This document shows, piece by piece, positions 29,566 to 39,858 of a DNA stretch of 64,000 nucleotides (its first letter is position 1; every line of letters begins with the position of its first letter). Location: contig DXJO01000018.1 in NCBI GenBank assembly GCA_019057475.1, positions 1 through 64,000 on the forward strand. The letters run 5' to 3'. Under the pieces are notes generated by a model that saw nothing but the letters and a program-made list of their open reading frames with translations, was not told where the DNA came from and searched no databases. The DNA is from Candidatus Thorarchaeota archaeon. GTDB lineage: Archaea > Asgardarchaeota > Thorarchaeia > Thorarchaeales > Thorarchaeaceae. Made by a program: the position numbers and the translations under genes.

Positions 29566-30727
29566 TCCCGGAACCATGATTGACCTGTTCTGCGGTGCTG
29601 GAGGCATGTCGGCAGGCTTCTCAGAAGCCGGATTCAGTGTGGTGGCTGCAGTTGACAGTGATAAGGACTGTATTCTCACATTCAGGCAAAACCATCCTGA
29701 TGTTCAACATGCAATGGTACGTAGCCTTGAACGTGGTCAGTTCACTCCTCAGAAACTTCAGCAATGCATCGGGAGAGATGATATTGATCTAGTGATTGGT
29801 GGTCCACCGTGTCAGGGATTCTCGAAGGCCTCAATGAACCCTGAAGCAAAGGCGAACTTCGGGCCGGGAAGTAAGAACAGGTATGATAGACGGAACTCGT
29901 ACTACAGACGGTTCTTCCACTTTGTACGACACTTCAAGCCATCCGCTTTCGTCATGGAGAACGTCCCAACCCTTCTGAAGAAGACCAATGGGTTGTATGT
30001 GAAGAAGGCCAGGTCGCTTGGGCGCTCAATGGGATTCGAGGTTTCAGTATTGAAACTCAACGCTGCTGATTTCGGGATTCCTCAAACGAGAAGGCGTCTC
30101 TTCATAGTCGGCACCAGAAATCCAGGGTGTTTCGAGCTTCCTGAGAAATCGCACTTCCCTGATCGGGATGACCAATCAAGATACAGGTCGGTCGGAGATG
30201 CCATCATGGACCTTCCTGTGCTCAAGGCAGGTTCCGGTTCTCACACCATGGAATACGACGAAAAAGTGATTCGGAAATTCGAGAGAGATAAGCGCTTCTT
30301 GCACAAGTATGCGAGGTGGGCACGGGACGGGGAAGACACACTCCGACATCATATAAGCCGGTATCATTCAGAAAGGGACCTAGGCATTTTCAAGATGTTG
30401 AAACCGGGTGTTTCATCGGCCCAGCTGCCAGCGGAGCAACAGGAGCTGATTCCATATAGCATGACTTCATTCAAGGACAAGTATCGCAGACAGCCTATGG
30501 TTGCTCCATCGACAACAGTTACTGCACATATTGCCAAGGATGGTCTGTACTACATTCATCCTGTGCAAAATCGTAGCTTTACTCCGAGGGAAGCAGCGCG
30601 ACTGCAGTCATTTCGGGATTCGTACACATTCTCTGGCTGCAGAACCTCTGTGTATAGGCAGATAGGAAACGCTGTACCTCCGTTGCTAGCCAAGGCGATT
30701 GCTGAGAAGGTGATTGCCTGCAACTAA
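29558..30727 (+). CDS. DNA (cytosine-5) methyltransferase, DrmMII-like
   Basis: DLFCGAGG, GGPPCQGFS, ENV, PQTRRR, TPREAARLQSF, QIGNAVPP. Confidence 0.95.
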   Translation: MTDPGTMIDLFCGAGGMSAGFSEAGFSVVAAVDSDKDCILTFRQNHPDVQHAMVRSLERGQFTPQKLQQCIGRDDIDLVIGGPPCQGFSKASMNPEAKANFGPGSKNRYDRRNSYYRRFFHFVRHFKPSAFVMENVPTLLKKTNGLYVKKARSLGRSMGFEVSVLKLNAADFGIPQTRRRLFIVGTRNPGCFELPEKSHFPDRDDQSRYRSVGDAIMDLPVLKAGSGSHTMEYDEKVIRKFERDKRFLHKYARWARDGEDTLRHHISRYHSERDLGIFKMLKPGVSSAQLPAEQQELIPYSMTSFKDKYRRQPMVAPSTTVTAHIAKDGLYYIHPVQNRSFTPREAARLQSFRDSYTFSGCRTSVYRQIGNAVPPLLAKAIAEKVIACN

Positions 30728-31288
30728 CTGAAACCGACCCCTGGGAGCACAAATTCACCATCAACTACACTGCTAACGACAAGACAACTACAATGAGGAC
30801 ACGTACTGCATAGAACTATGAACAAGATGAAGTTTTTTCATGAAATGATTGTCGAAAGTTTTATGAGAATACACATTCTCTCGCATCTAGAGCAATCTCA
30901 AACGAGTAAACGATTTATCACAAGCTGGTCATAAATCTTCCAGATTGCAACAGGTAATACAGTTCTTGGTTGAATGAAAGTAACAGAGAAACTGCGCGCA
31001 GTTTAGGGACTTCAAAGGTTGAACAGACTTATTCTATAACTCTTACGAGTCTTCGAAACCTCTATCATTCAGGTGTAAAACATGAACTGTTTAAAACCGT
31101 TATACTGTTCATTGTAAGTTGTACTAAGTTGAGCACCGGAGTCTAGTACGTCCAGAAAACGGCACTGGACTACTCCGTGAGGGACCTTTACAGGTGTGTC
31201 ATATTCCTCAGAGATCAATGTCGCATTGGTCCATATAAGGCCCACAATAGAATTGCCCAAGTATGTCCAACCTTGCACCAGCTGTTTG

Positions 31289-32719
31289 CTACCCTGTTAC
31301 GGAGAAATCATCGAATAGAAGGCTGGGTGCCTGAGCTCCATAGGGGGTCAATGTGACATCACTGCCGATGTGCAGGAGGTTCTTGAATCCCTCATAGAAC
31401 TGCCCTGCAATCGAGACCGGTTCCAATGATCCCTTAATCTCACCGTTTTCAATCAGAAGAACAGAGTTGGCAACTACTGAGAACTCACCAGTGCTCACAT
31501 TCGTGTGGAATATTCCCAAAGGCATATCCATAATCATGACTCCTTTGCCATCCACTTCAGCAACTAGGTCATCGATGCCCTTCTTGCCTTGTTCAATCTC
31601 AAGCCATTTCGTGGAAACCGAGGGAGAAGACTCATAGGGAGTGGGACCGCCGAATGGCCCTCCACCTCTTGAACAGTTCCCGGTTGACTCTACATTGAAA
31701 GCCCGGCCATAGTATGAATCAAAGAGGAAAGACTTCAGAACGCCCTTATCAACAATAACATTCCTCTGTTGCGGATGACCCTCACCATCGACAGCATGAG
31801 TCCCTAGACCTTTCGGGTTCTGTCCATCATCCACGATGGTAAGGCCACTTGATGCAATCGTGTCACCTAGCATGTCGCATAGAGGGGATATGCCCTCCAC
31901 AACGGGCTGGCCTGTCACAGACTTCCCGATGCTTGATAGAACGTATGGTGCAGATGCTTTTGGTGTCCAGATTGTAGGCATCTTGGCTGTTGTGTCTATT
32001 TTCTTAGCACCCAGCAGACGAACTGCGTCCTTTGCAGCCCGCTCGCCCAATCCTGCGGTTTCGAACAGCCGCTCTCTGGAAACATCGAAGTCGAACGAAC
32101 TCTTGCGTTCTTCGCCATCCATGGCAATCACATAGACATAGCAGCTGTTCATTCCAGTTCTAGACGCAGCCTGTATCCCAAGTGTATTGCCGAGGGCGAT
32201 TCCACCCCAAGAGGCAGAACACCCGGCATTCACTATCTTGGCTTTAGGGTCTGTTTCTCGGGCCTCCTCCACCATCTGTAGGGAATGCTCAATCAGGTCA
32301 TCTGTTCCCAGCTCGAGTATCTCCTTAGTGAATACGCCTTCGCGTCCGGGCTTGCGCGGCTCACAGAAGCCCTTGAATCTATCATCCTCCACTGATATCG
32401 TATTGATAATGGAGAGAGCCTCTCTCGTGCTTAGTTTCACGCGATCTAGGTCGATTCCACTTGCACATGCAAAGCCCACTCGCTGACCTTTTGCTGCGCG
32501 TACTGCGTTACCTGCAACAACACCATCCTTAGCAGTGACAACGCCTTGATCGATTTCCGCCTCAGAAGAGCTCTCGTAGTGGATGAATATCTCAAATTCA
32601 GCCGAGCTATCTAGTGCCTTCGCGTATTTCAGACTAGTGTCAGTAACAGATAGAAGCTCATCATTTAGATTGTCATATTCCATCATAATCATCCTCCTAG
32701 CCATTAGCCTGACCTCCAA
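31289..32719 (-). CDS. pmbA: PmbA/TldE family protein
   Basis: DGEGHPQQRNVIVDKGVLKSFL, TGNC, TGEFSV; lacks HExxxH. Confidence 0.85.
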   Translation of the reverse strand: MEVRLMARRMIMMEYDNLNDELLSVTDTSLKYAKALDSSAEFEIFIHYESSSEAEIDQGVVTAKDGVVAGNAVRAAKGQRVGFACASGIDLDRVKLSTREALSIINTISVEDDRFKGFCEPRKPGREGVFTKEILELGTDDLIEHSLQMVEEARETDPKAKIVNAGCSASWGGIALGNTLGIQAASRTGMNSCYVYVIAMDGEERKSSFDFDVSRERLFETAGLGERAAKDAVRLLGAKKIDTTAKMPTIWTPKASAPYVLSSIGKSVTGQPVVEGISPLCDMLGDTIASSGLTIVDDGQNPKGLGTHAVDGEGHPQQRNVIVDKGVLKSFLFDSYYGRAFNVESTGNCSRGGGPFGGPTPYESSPSVSTKWLEIEQGKKGIDDLVAEVDGKGVMIMDMPLGIFHTNVSTGEFSVVANSVLLIENGEIKGSLEPVSIAGQFYEGFKNLLHIGSDVTLTPYGAQAPSLLFDDFSVTG

Positions 32720-34130
32720 AGGTTACATCGCCCACCAGCAGTTTGGGTCCTCCGAAACCTACCGGCAATGGGGATTGCCCGCCTTTTCCGCACCCTCCGA
32801 AGTATCCCGAATACAGTCTAAGTTCCTTCGTTGCGCCTTCTATCTTACCGAGGAAGTCGAGAATATTCCCTGAAAGGGCTACCTCCCTTAGCGGATGCTT
32901 GATCTCGCCTCTCTCCACCCAGTATCCGCGAATCGCCTTGAACAAGAAACTACCATCAGCATCGACCTGACCGCCAGATGTCTGTATGGCATAGACCCCA
33001 GTTCCGAGCTGCTCTAGCGCCTCCTCTTCCGTGAGAGTGCCTAGCGTGAAATACGTGTTCGTCATTCGGGGGATGGGTGGGAACACGAAGCTAACCGCAC
33101 GGCTATTGCCAGTTGGCTCTTGCCCAAGCTTTTTGGCTGTACCTCGATTGTGAAGGTAGTGCACAAGCACACCCTTGTCGAGTACAACTGTTTGGCCACC
33201 AGCGATGCCTTGGTCGTCAAAAGGAAACCACAGGCCACCGGTCTTCTTGATGTCGGGATATCCTCCATCGATTATTGTGGCATGTTCTGTACCGAGGCGT
33301 TCTCCTATCTTTCCTGCCAAAGGAGAGCCTCCAGTGACAATGAAGTCCGCTTCGCTAAGATGTCCAAAGGACTCGTGGGCAAGCACGCCAACAAGACGGT
33401 TCTCGATTAAGCTACGGAATTGCCCAGCTGGACACGCCTTAGCTTTGAGCTGCTCTTTAGCTTTCGCGCCTGCACTCTCACCAACCTCTTCAGGAGTGGT
33501 GCCCTTAGACTCAAAGAAATCAAGTCCGATGGTCCCTCCGTGTCCTTCCACGGCGAAGACGAGAGCGCCAGAATCCGTCTTCGACGTCACATAGCAACGG
33601 AGTCCAGTGACCAGAAACTCCCAATCAATCTCTGACGCATCGCTATTCGTGAACATTTTCTTGCCGTAAAGCTCACCGTAGAGCCCTCGTATGTTTCTAA
33701 TGTTCGCTCCGTGTTCGCGTGCAGATTCCACTACGCGGTTCACCATGTCCGTCTTGTGACCTAGGTCCTTGTCCCGAGGGTGGACCTTGACTGGCAAGGT
33801 GTCTGACTTCTTGCTCTTCACTGGAGACCCACGCTCAAAGGGGAGTTTCAGAGTAGCTGCCTTTGAAGACGCTTTTGCCATTTTGAACGCCTTCTCAGCC
33901 GCCATCTTAACATCCTTTGAAGCGGAACTTGCAGTGAAGGAGAAGCCAGAAACTCCGTCAACATAGCACGTGATGCCAAAGCCCATTCTTGACTTCACCT
34001 GTATGTCCTTCCAAATATCATCTGTGCGCTGCAGAGTTCTAAGTGTGAGATCATCATAACGAGCCTCTACAAAGTCAGCTCCGAGGTCCTCTCCAACTCG
34101 CACGCACTTTTGAAGCAAATCAAACATCAA
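32697..34130 (-). CDS. tldD: TldD family metalloprotease
   Basis: AHESFGHLSEAD, DDQG, PRMTNTY, GCGKGGQ. Confidence 0.9.
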   Translation of the reverse strand: MMFDLLQKCVRVGEDLGADFVEARYDDLTLRTLQRTDDIWKDIQVKSRMGFGITCYVDGVSGFSFTASSASKDVKMAAEKAFKMAKASSKAATLKLPFERGSPVKSKKSDTLPVKVHPRDKDLGHKTDMVNRVVESAREHGANIRNIRGLYGELYGKKMFTNSDASEIDWEFLVTGLRCYVTSKTDSGALVFAVEGHGGTIGLDFFESKGTTPEEVGESAGAKAKEQLKAKACPAGQFRSLIENRLVGVLAHESFGHLSEADFIVTGGSPLAGKIGERLGTEHATIIDGGYPDIKKTGGLWFPFDDQGIAGGQTVVLDKGVLVHYLHNRGTAKKLGQEPTGNSRAVSFVFPPIPRMTNTYFTLGTLTEEEALEQLGTGVYAIQTSGGQVDADGSFLFKAIRGYWVERGEIKHPLREVALSGNILDFLGKIEGATKELRLYSGYFGGCGKGGQSPLPVGFGGPKLLVGDVTFGGQANG

Positions 34131-34258
34131 TCATCAGCCCTTCACACCCGCCATGAAACCGTACATCATAGAGTGTGCTATCAATTCGATGAGTTCATAC
34201 CAACCGGGGAAAGCAGCTTAAGAGCATTGGGATTAGCGTAGGCTGCAGCAATCAGAAA

Positions 34259-34855
34259 CTAACGTGGGGGATGTCTGCCATACAGCTCTTTCGCTATTCG
34301 CGTGAATACATCTTGCACGTTTTCACCTGTCTTTGCACTGGCTTCGAAAAAGGGCCAACCCAACGAGTCAGCATGAACTCTTCCCTCAGCAGAACTTACC
34401 TGCCGGGATTCCTCGCGGTCTGATTTGTTACCAACGAGGGCTCCTGGGAGCTGCTTACCTGTTTCACCATCCAAGGCAACAAGGAGTCCCCGATACCACT
34501 CAGGTAGGGCTTCGAAGGAATCTCTATCGCTGACGTCGTAAACCAATGTCACAAAGTGTGCGCCCTTGTAGTATTGTGATCTCAAGGCAGTGAAGTCTTC
34601 TTGTCCACCAAGATCTATCACTGTGAGAATTACTGGGGTGAAAGCATCCACATTGACAGCGATTGCACTCAAGTCGACTCCAACCGTTGCGCAGTAACTC
34701 TCATCGAATTCATCCAGAATCAGCCGACGAATCAACGAGGATTTACCTGTGTTTGCGTTGCCAATCAGGAGGACCTTGTAGACTGGAACTGACAAAAGAA
34801 TCGCCTTTTCCAACTTATCACGGGCACGTTCGTCTTTCCCAGGGTCTAATCTCAA
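34259..34855 (-). CDS. Rab-like small GTPase (eukaryotic signature protein)
   Basis: GNANTGKS, ATVG, DLGGQ, YYKGA, GNKSD, EASAK; no C-terminal Cys. Confidence 0.9.
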   Translation of the reverse strand: MRLDPGKDERARDKLEKAILLSVPVYKVLLIGNANTGKSSLIRRLILDEFDESYCATVGVDLSAIAVNVDAFTPVILTVIDLGGQEDFTALRSQYYKGAHFVTLVYDVSDRDSFEALPEWYRGLLVALDGETGKQLPGALVGNKSDREESRQVSSAEGRVHADSLGWPFFEASAKTGENVQDVFTRIAKELYGRHPPR

Positions 34856-34936
34856 GCTGAGGCTTTTAAGCTAATGCAATATTCACGGGCCGTATTGGTC
34901 AGAGTTATCAATATGCTCGGGCCCTCCCTACTATAG

Positions 34937-35830
34937 TTGTTGAGCACCATGTTGAGGTACGAAGGGTCGATTTGGAGACCACCAAGCGAAGCAAGAAGCC
35001 TAATCCTTCAAGCGACTATAGGTTGCTCACACAACGCCTGCACATTCTGTATTTCATACAAGGACAGAGAATACAGAGTTAGAGGTGCGAGAGAAATCGC
35101 CAATGACTTGGCTGAACTCCCTCGAACGTACAAACAGAGGGTCAGGCGAGTATTCCTTGCTGATGGTAATGCACTGGCCATGGATACGACCCAGCTTAAA
35201 GACACGCTGGACGTTCTGAGAGGAGATCTCCCCAATCTCGACAGGGTGGGGGTGTACGGCTATGCCAAGGATGTTAGAAACAAGAGCGTCGAGGAGCTCC
35301 GTGAACTCAATGAGGCGGGCCTCGGAATTGTGTATCTTGGGCTCGAAACGGGAGATGATAAGCTTCTGAGATGGGCTCGAAAAGGTGTAACAACTGAAGA
35401 GAACATCGCTGCAAGCAAGAAGATTCGCGACGCAGGGATTCCTCTCTCACTTACCATCATCCTGGGTCTCGGCGGCGAAGAGCACTCAGAACGACACGCA
35501 GTTTCTACTGCCAAGACATTGAATGAGATTGATCCAGAGTATGTAGGGGCACTTACCCTGATGATTCCAGGCGGGACTCCCCTCCATAAGATGGTTGATC
35601 AGGGAGAGTTCACGCCCATGAAGCCGTTAGCGATTGTCAGTGAGCTAAAGACACTTGTCGTTAACCTTGACCTGACGAAATGCATTTTTCGGACAAATCA
35701 CGCGTCAAACTACTTGCCAATTGGTGGAACTCTCAACAGGGACAAGCAAGCGATTCTTGATGTAATAGAGGGCGCAATAGCATCAGGCGATGAGAGCAAG
35801 CTTAGGCCCGGCTACTTGAGGGGTCTCTAG
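34937..35830 (+). CDS. Radical SAM protein
   Basis: RPPSEA, CSHNACTFC (CxxxCxxC), FLADG, YLGLETG, NHASNYL. Confidence 0.9.
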   Translation: MLSTMLRYEGSIWRPPSEARSLILQATIGCSHNACTFCISYKDREYRVRGAREIANDLAELPRTYKQRVRRVFLADGNALAMDTTQLKDTLDVLRGDLPNLDRVGVYGYAKDVRNKSVEELRELNEAGLGIVYLGLETGDDKLLRWARKGVTTEENIAASKKIRDAGIPLSLTIILGLGGEEHSERHAVSTAKTLNEIDPEYVGALTLMIPGGTPLHKMVDQGEFTPMKPLAIVSELKTLVVNLDLTKCIFRTNHASNYLPIGGTLNRDKQAILDVIEGAIASGDESKLRPGYLRGL

Positions 35831-36453
35831 TCAGACGAGCTGTTTTGCCTGAGCTTCGGAAAAAGGCGACCAGTCCGTTTGATGTACTCCCTGTATTGGT
35901 CGCCGAACTGCTCAATCAGCATCTCCTCCTCTTTGGACAGCCTCCAATAGGTGTATGGCATGGCTATGATTAGAAACAGAAGAAGTATCCAGTTAACAGA
36001 AACGAGAACCATGCCTGCATTAAACAATGTATGTGCGCTGTAGAGAGGATGTCTTACTCTAGTATAGGGTCCAGCTGTGACCAACTGGTGATCTTTGTAG
36101 ACCTCAAGCGTTGCCGAGTAACTACTAGCGAGAGTTCGATGAACCCAAAGTACGCAAAGAACCGACACAACGCCTAGGATTACACCCAGCACACGAATCT
36201 CTAGTGGCAGAAGGAAATACGACCATGATATCAGTTGCACATCGAGTACATAGAACAAGGCAACAATCATCTGGATCCAAAACATTCCAAGGAGCAATAT
36301 GGCGCTCGGTAGTCCTTCTCGCCTGATATCCTCGAAGCGCTCTTTTCTCGACTTCCTAGCGAATGATGTCTTCTTGGTGTAGTACCCCCGAATGGCAATG
36401 AATATGATGTAGAACGCCAAGAAAGATACACGAAAGGCAAGTTCTGGCTCCAT
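35827..36453 (-). CDS. ICMT/PEMT-family membrane methyltransferase
   Basis: Multiple TM; GPYTRVRHPLY, EEEML..FG..Y..Y. Confidence 0.85.
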   Translation of the reverse strand: MEPELAFRVSFLAFYIIFIAIRGYYTKKTSFARKSRKERFEDIRREGLPSAILLLGMFWIQMIVALFYVLDVQLISWSYFLLPLEIRVLGVILGVVSVLCVLWVHRTLASSYSATLEVYKDHQLVTAGPYTRVRHPLYSAHTLFNAGMVLVSVNWILLLFLIIAMPYTYWRLSKEEEMLIEQFGDQYREYIKRTGRLFPKLRQNSSSD

Positions 36454-36606
36454 GATTCAATCCACACTGTTAGTCAACTGCAAGATATCATAGAAACCTA
36501 CCGCTGCACAAAATACTCGAAGAGGAGCCTTTGACTACGTGATGATAAAAAGAAGCAGGAGGGAGCCCGAACCTGAAAAAATCGGCTCAAGCTCCAACCA
36601 TCGAGA

Positions 36607-39549
36607 TTAAGGGGCTGCTTGGCTCTTTCCTCGTTTTTTCATGACTATGACGAGGATGATTATCACAACCACTGCCACACCTGCAATAATCAATAGGAAT
36701 GTAAGGTCGCCAGAGTCTATGACCGTAAGGTCGTCAGAGTCTGTGACCGTAAGGTCGCCAGAGGCTATGACCGTAAACTCCTCGAACTCGCTAGTAGTGA
36801 CCTGCGATAGGTCGTCAGTGGCTTCGATAACCCATTGGACAGTCGTTCCAGCTGGAAAGGCACCTATGTCGCATTCGTATGTTTTTCCTGAAACCACTGC
36901 CATGGCCGCATTATTCCAAGTTGAGCCGTTGTTTATGCTGTAACTGCAGATAACAGACTGGATATCACTTACATCCGACACGTCAGCCGATATTGTCACG
37001 TTCGTGCCCTCGAGTGCCAAGCTGTGTGCAAGGTTCTCAATTTCGGGTCCATGGTTATCCACAATGAAGACTGCATCTGAAGTATCGACTCCAGCAAGTG
37101 CGTAGTCTTCAGCAACCACCCGAATGAGGAACTCTGCGCTGTCGTCAAGACCGGTCGTATCCCAAGTGTAGGATGTTTCCGTGAGGCCTGATGCCAGCAC
37201 GTGCCATGTAGAACCACCGTCGTCACTGTAGGAAACAGTAGAAATCGTTGAGTCCAAGTTGGGCTCTGTGATAGTCCAATGGATGACATGGGAACCTGTG
37301 ACAGTTTCTCCACCATCAGGATTGGTCACATGGACAGCCGGAGCTCTGTTCTCGGCAAGCCATCCAAAGGCATTCGTGATGAAGATGTCATTGTCGGAAT
37401 CAAAGAGAGTGGGTACGCCATCGCCATCTGGATCGCCCATCTCCATGAAATTGACGTCCGTTATGCACACTACACGTCCATGTCCCTGCTCAGCTGCAGC
37501 AAATACAGTCAACCCATCTGCAGGAGAACCATCAGAGGTCCAAGTGCACGTACCATCGTCATCGGTGATGACCAAGGCAGTACCAGTACCGATGGTGTCG
37601 TACGCTGTGCTACCGTCGACTTCAATCCGTGATATGCCGTCCATTATGGTATGGTTGCCTATGCTTTCGTTGTCATAGATTATGTACGAAGGGAAGATCG
37701 GACCATCGTCAGAGTCATCCAGGTAGCTTGTGCCATTTCGCTCGAATCCAAATGCGCTGCTGATCAAATCTGTTTCATTGCCGAAATGTCCCCAGTCAGC
37801 AGCAAGGAAAAGGCCGCCTCCTCTCTCAACAAATGACACCACGGAGTCAACTTCATCCTGAGTATAGTTTATGCCCCCGTTGCATATGAACAGGACATGG
37901 GTTTCATCGAGCAGATTCTCATGGAAATCCGTCATCCACTTCACGGTGTAACCGAGCTCTGTGAGGTAGTTACCGAATCCAAGATACGCAGCGTTTACCT
38001 GGTATAAAGCGGTATGCGATTCGTCAAAGAGCACTATTCGCTCCTTCACGCCAGCTCCAAAGAGCCAGCGGATATTGTTAACTAGGAAGACATCATTGTC
38101 ACTGTCGAAGTAGTTGTTTGTACCATCACTGTCCGAATCAAGCGTGCTAGTCAACGCATCTGTATCTCCAAAAATCGCAACTCTCCCATCCCCTTCAGTA
38201 AATGCTACTGACACCGCTGTTCCGTTGGCAATCAATCCACCACCAAACGTAGCAGTTCCATCAGTATCGGTTATTATAAGGGATTGAGCGTTTGCTGGCA
38301 TCTCGATGAAGCCGGAGCCGATATAGAACTCAACTCGGTTCACATCCAAGGTAATGGAGTGGTTATTAAGATTGGTGGGCTTCTCGAAGATGATCTGTGT
38401 ATCGGAGGTCAAATGGTCATCGGAGTCGGCCAATCCGTGGGTTCTATTGCGAACAACGCGGAATTGCTCGATTACTAGGTCAAGCGAATCGCCATGTGAC
38501 CCTACATCAGTCGTGATGAAGAGGCCTCCTCCATCGTTCACGAAATCATCAATAGCATCGACATCTTGGGTGGTGTAATTCACTAGCCCATGCGTTAGTA
38601 CAAGAATATCGCATGCTGCTAACAACTCAGGATCGAATGTCTGCATGGTCGTTACAGCGTATCCTTCTGCCATTAGGTCAGCGGCAAAGCCAGCCAACTC
38701 ATCTGTGACCTCAAAGGATTGACCGTGAGAATCATCAAACACGACGTGCCGATGGAGCCTAATAGCATTGGCAAGTAGGGCGTCAGAGTTCACGTTACGC
38801 TTAAACATATCGAAACCAAGCACTACGACATGTCCACGGCCCATGATCTTATGCAAAACAACAGTGTTAGTTCCATCATCAACAACTGTAGCATTATCAT
38901 TTGTTTCGAATGCCATGGCACCGGTTGGGGCAGCCCATGAACTTGCCACACCTCTCGCCAGTGCATCACTCGCGTTGACAAGGTTGATAGTGGTTCCTGA
39001 GAAAGCGCCTACAGATCCCACCTGCACCAAATTTGATCCATTATAGATGCGTATGGTAGGTGCATCAACGTTATAGGTTGTGCCTTGGTAATCCATTAGG
39101 ATAACAATTCCGCCGTCATTGACGAACTCAGTAAGAGTGCTCGCCCATGCGATACCCACCTCTGTCATGTTGTCTGGGTGCGCTCTCTCCTGCTCAGGAA
39201 TTAAAAGAATGTCATGACCAGGCAACATCGCGGTGAGATTCGTGTAATCAGTCAAATCGCCATAGGTGTAGTTGTACCCAAAGGTATCATCTATCGACTT
39301 CATGGTGTTCTTAAGTTCACCATGTGGTCCCATGTTATTGTCAACATACTCCGTATAGACAAGGATGCTCACGGGGAGTTGCTTATTATCGCTAAATGAC
39401 GCGGCTGCAGTTGCAGTTTCGCCTGTTAAGCTAGGACTCATTTCTGCATACGGTGTATCAGTGAGGAGTGTCCTCCCAACCGGGATAACCGTTATCAGAA
39501 GCAGAGCGACCAGCGCCAAGCATAAGCCTCCTGTTGTTTTCTTAATCAT
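36607..39549 (-). CDS. Large membrane-anchored surface protein with repeated GATase-like (DUF4350/GIFT-like) domains and Ig-like domains
   Basis: Signal peptide; duplicated VVFDDSH/VLFDESH...GGGLF...GRV...DSDND units; C-terminal TM followed by KKR. Confidence 0.8.
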   Translation of the reverse strand: MIKKTTGGLCLALVALLLITVIPVGRTLLTDTPYAEMSPSLTGETATAAASFSDNKQLPVSILVYTEYVDNNMGPHGELKNTMKSIDDTFGYNYTYGDLTDYTNLTAMLPGHDILLIPEQERAHPDNMTEVGIAWASTLTEFVNDGGIVILMDYQGTTYNVDAPTIRIYNGSNLVQVGSVGAFSGTTINLVNASDALARGVASSWAAPTGAMAFETNDNATVVDDGTNTVVLHKIMGRGHVVVLGFDMFKRNVNSDALLANAIRLHRHVVFDDSHGQSFEVTDELAGFAADLMAEGYAVTTMQTFDPELLAACDILVLTHGLVNYTTQDVDAIDDFVNDGGGLFITTDVGSHGDSLDLVIEQFRVVRNRTHGLADSDDHLTSDTQIIFEKPTNLNNHSITLDVNRVEFYIGSGFIEMPANAQSLIITDTDGTATFGGGLIANGTAVSVAFTEGDGRVAIFGDTDALTSTLDSDSDGTNNYFDSDNDVFLVNNIRWLFGAGVKERIVLFDESHTALYQVNAAYLGFGNYLTELGYTVKWMTDFHENLLDETHVLFICNGGINYTQDEVDSVVSFVERGGGLFLAADWGHFGNETDLISSAFGFERNGTSYLDDSDDGPIFPSYIIYDNESIGNHTIMDGISRIEVDGSTAYDTIGTGTALVITDDDGTCTWTSDGSPADGLTVFAAAEQGHGRVVCITDVNFMEMGDPDGDGVPTLFDSDNDIFITNAFGWLAENRAPAVHVTNPDGGETVTGSHVIHWTITEPNLDSTISTVSYSDDGGSTWHVLASGLTETSYTWDTTGLDDSAEFLIRVVAEDYALAGVDTSDAVFIVDNHGPEIENLAHSLALEGTNVTISADVSDVSDIQSVICSYSINNGSTWNNAAMAVVSGKTYECDIGAFPAGTTVQWVIEATDDLSQVTTSEFEEFTVIASGDLTVTDSDDLTVIDSGDLTFLLIIAGVAVVVIIILVIVMKKRGKSQAAP
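36701..36776. repeat. 3x 24-bp tandem repeat in the surface-protein stalk
   Basis: GTAAGGTCG(C/T)CAGAG(T/G)CT(A/G)TGACC at 36701, 36725 and 36749. Confidence 0.9.
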
Positions 39550-39858
39550 AATTCATTCCTTCATTGGTGGCTGTGCGGCGTGGAAAAGCCATTTCTAACA
39601 TTACTCCATCTCTAATGTAGCTGGAGCTGTGCTACAGTGCGGCACAAATCCATCCTATCACTATTCCAGTCAATCCTTTTTAAGCTTCGCAGTAATTTGC
39701 TTCGCCTAAATCTGGTAATCAAGGCTATTCCTAGAGATACCGTGTATGGGGCTTCTAGACTTGACACTTTGGGAAAGAGCGACTCCTATTTGCAATTACT
39801 TAATAGCCGTGAGCATACAACCATGTTCCACCGACCAATATGGAAAAGATAACACTCG

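Noticed and set aside
30728-31288. tRNA/att site at the right island boundary
   Set aside because: AT-richer spacer, but no cloverleaf or direct repeat matching elsewhere in the window could be found by eye.
36701-36776. Possible CRISPR array
   Set aside because: Head-to-tail 24-mers without spacers, in frame within a CDS.
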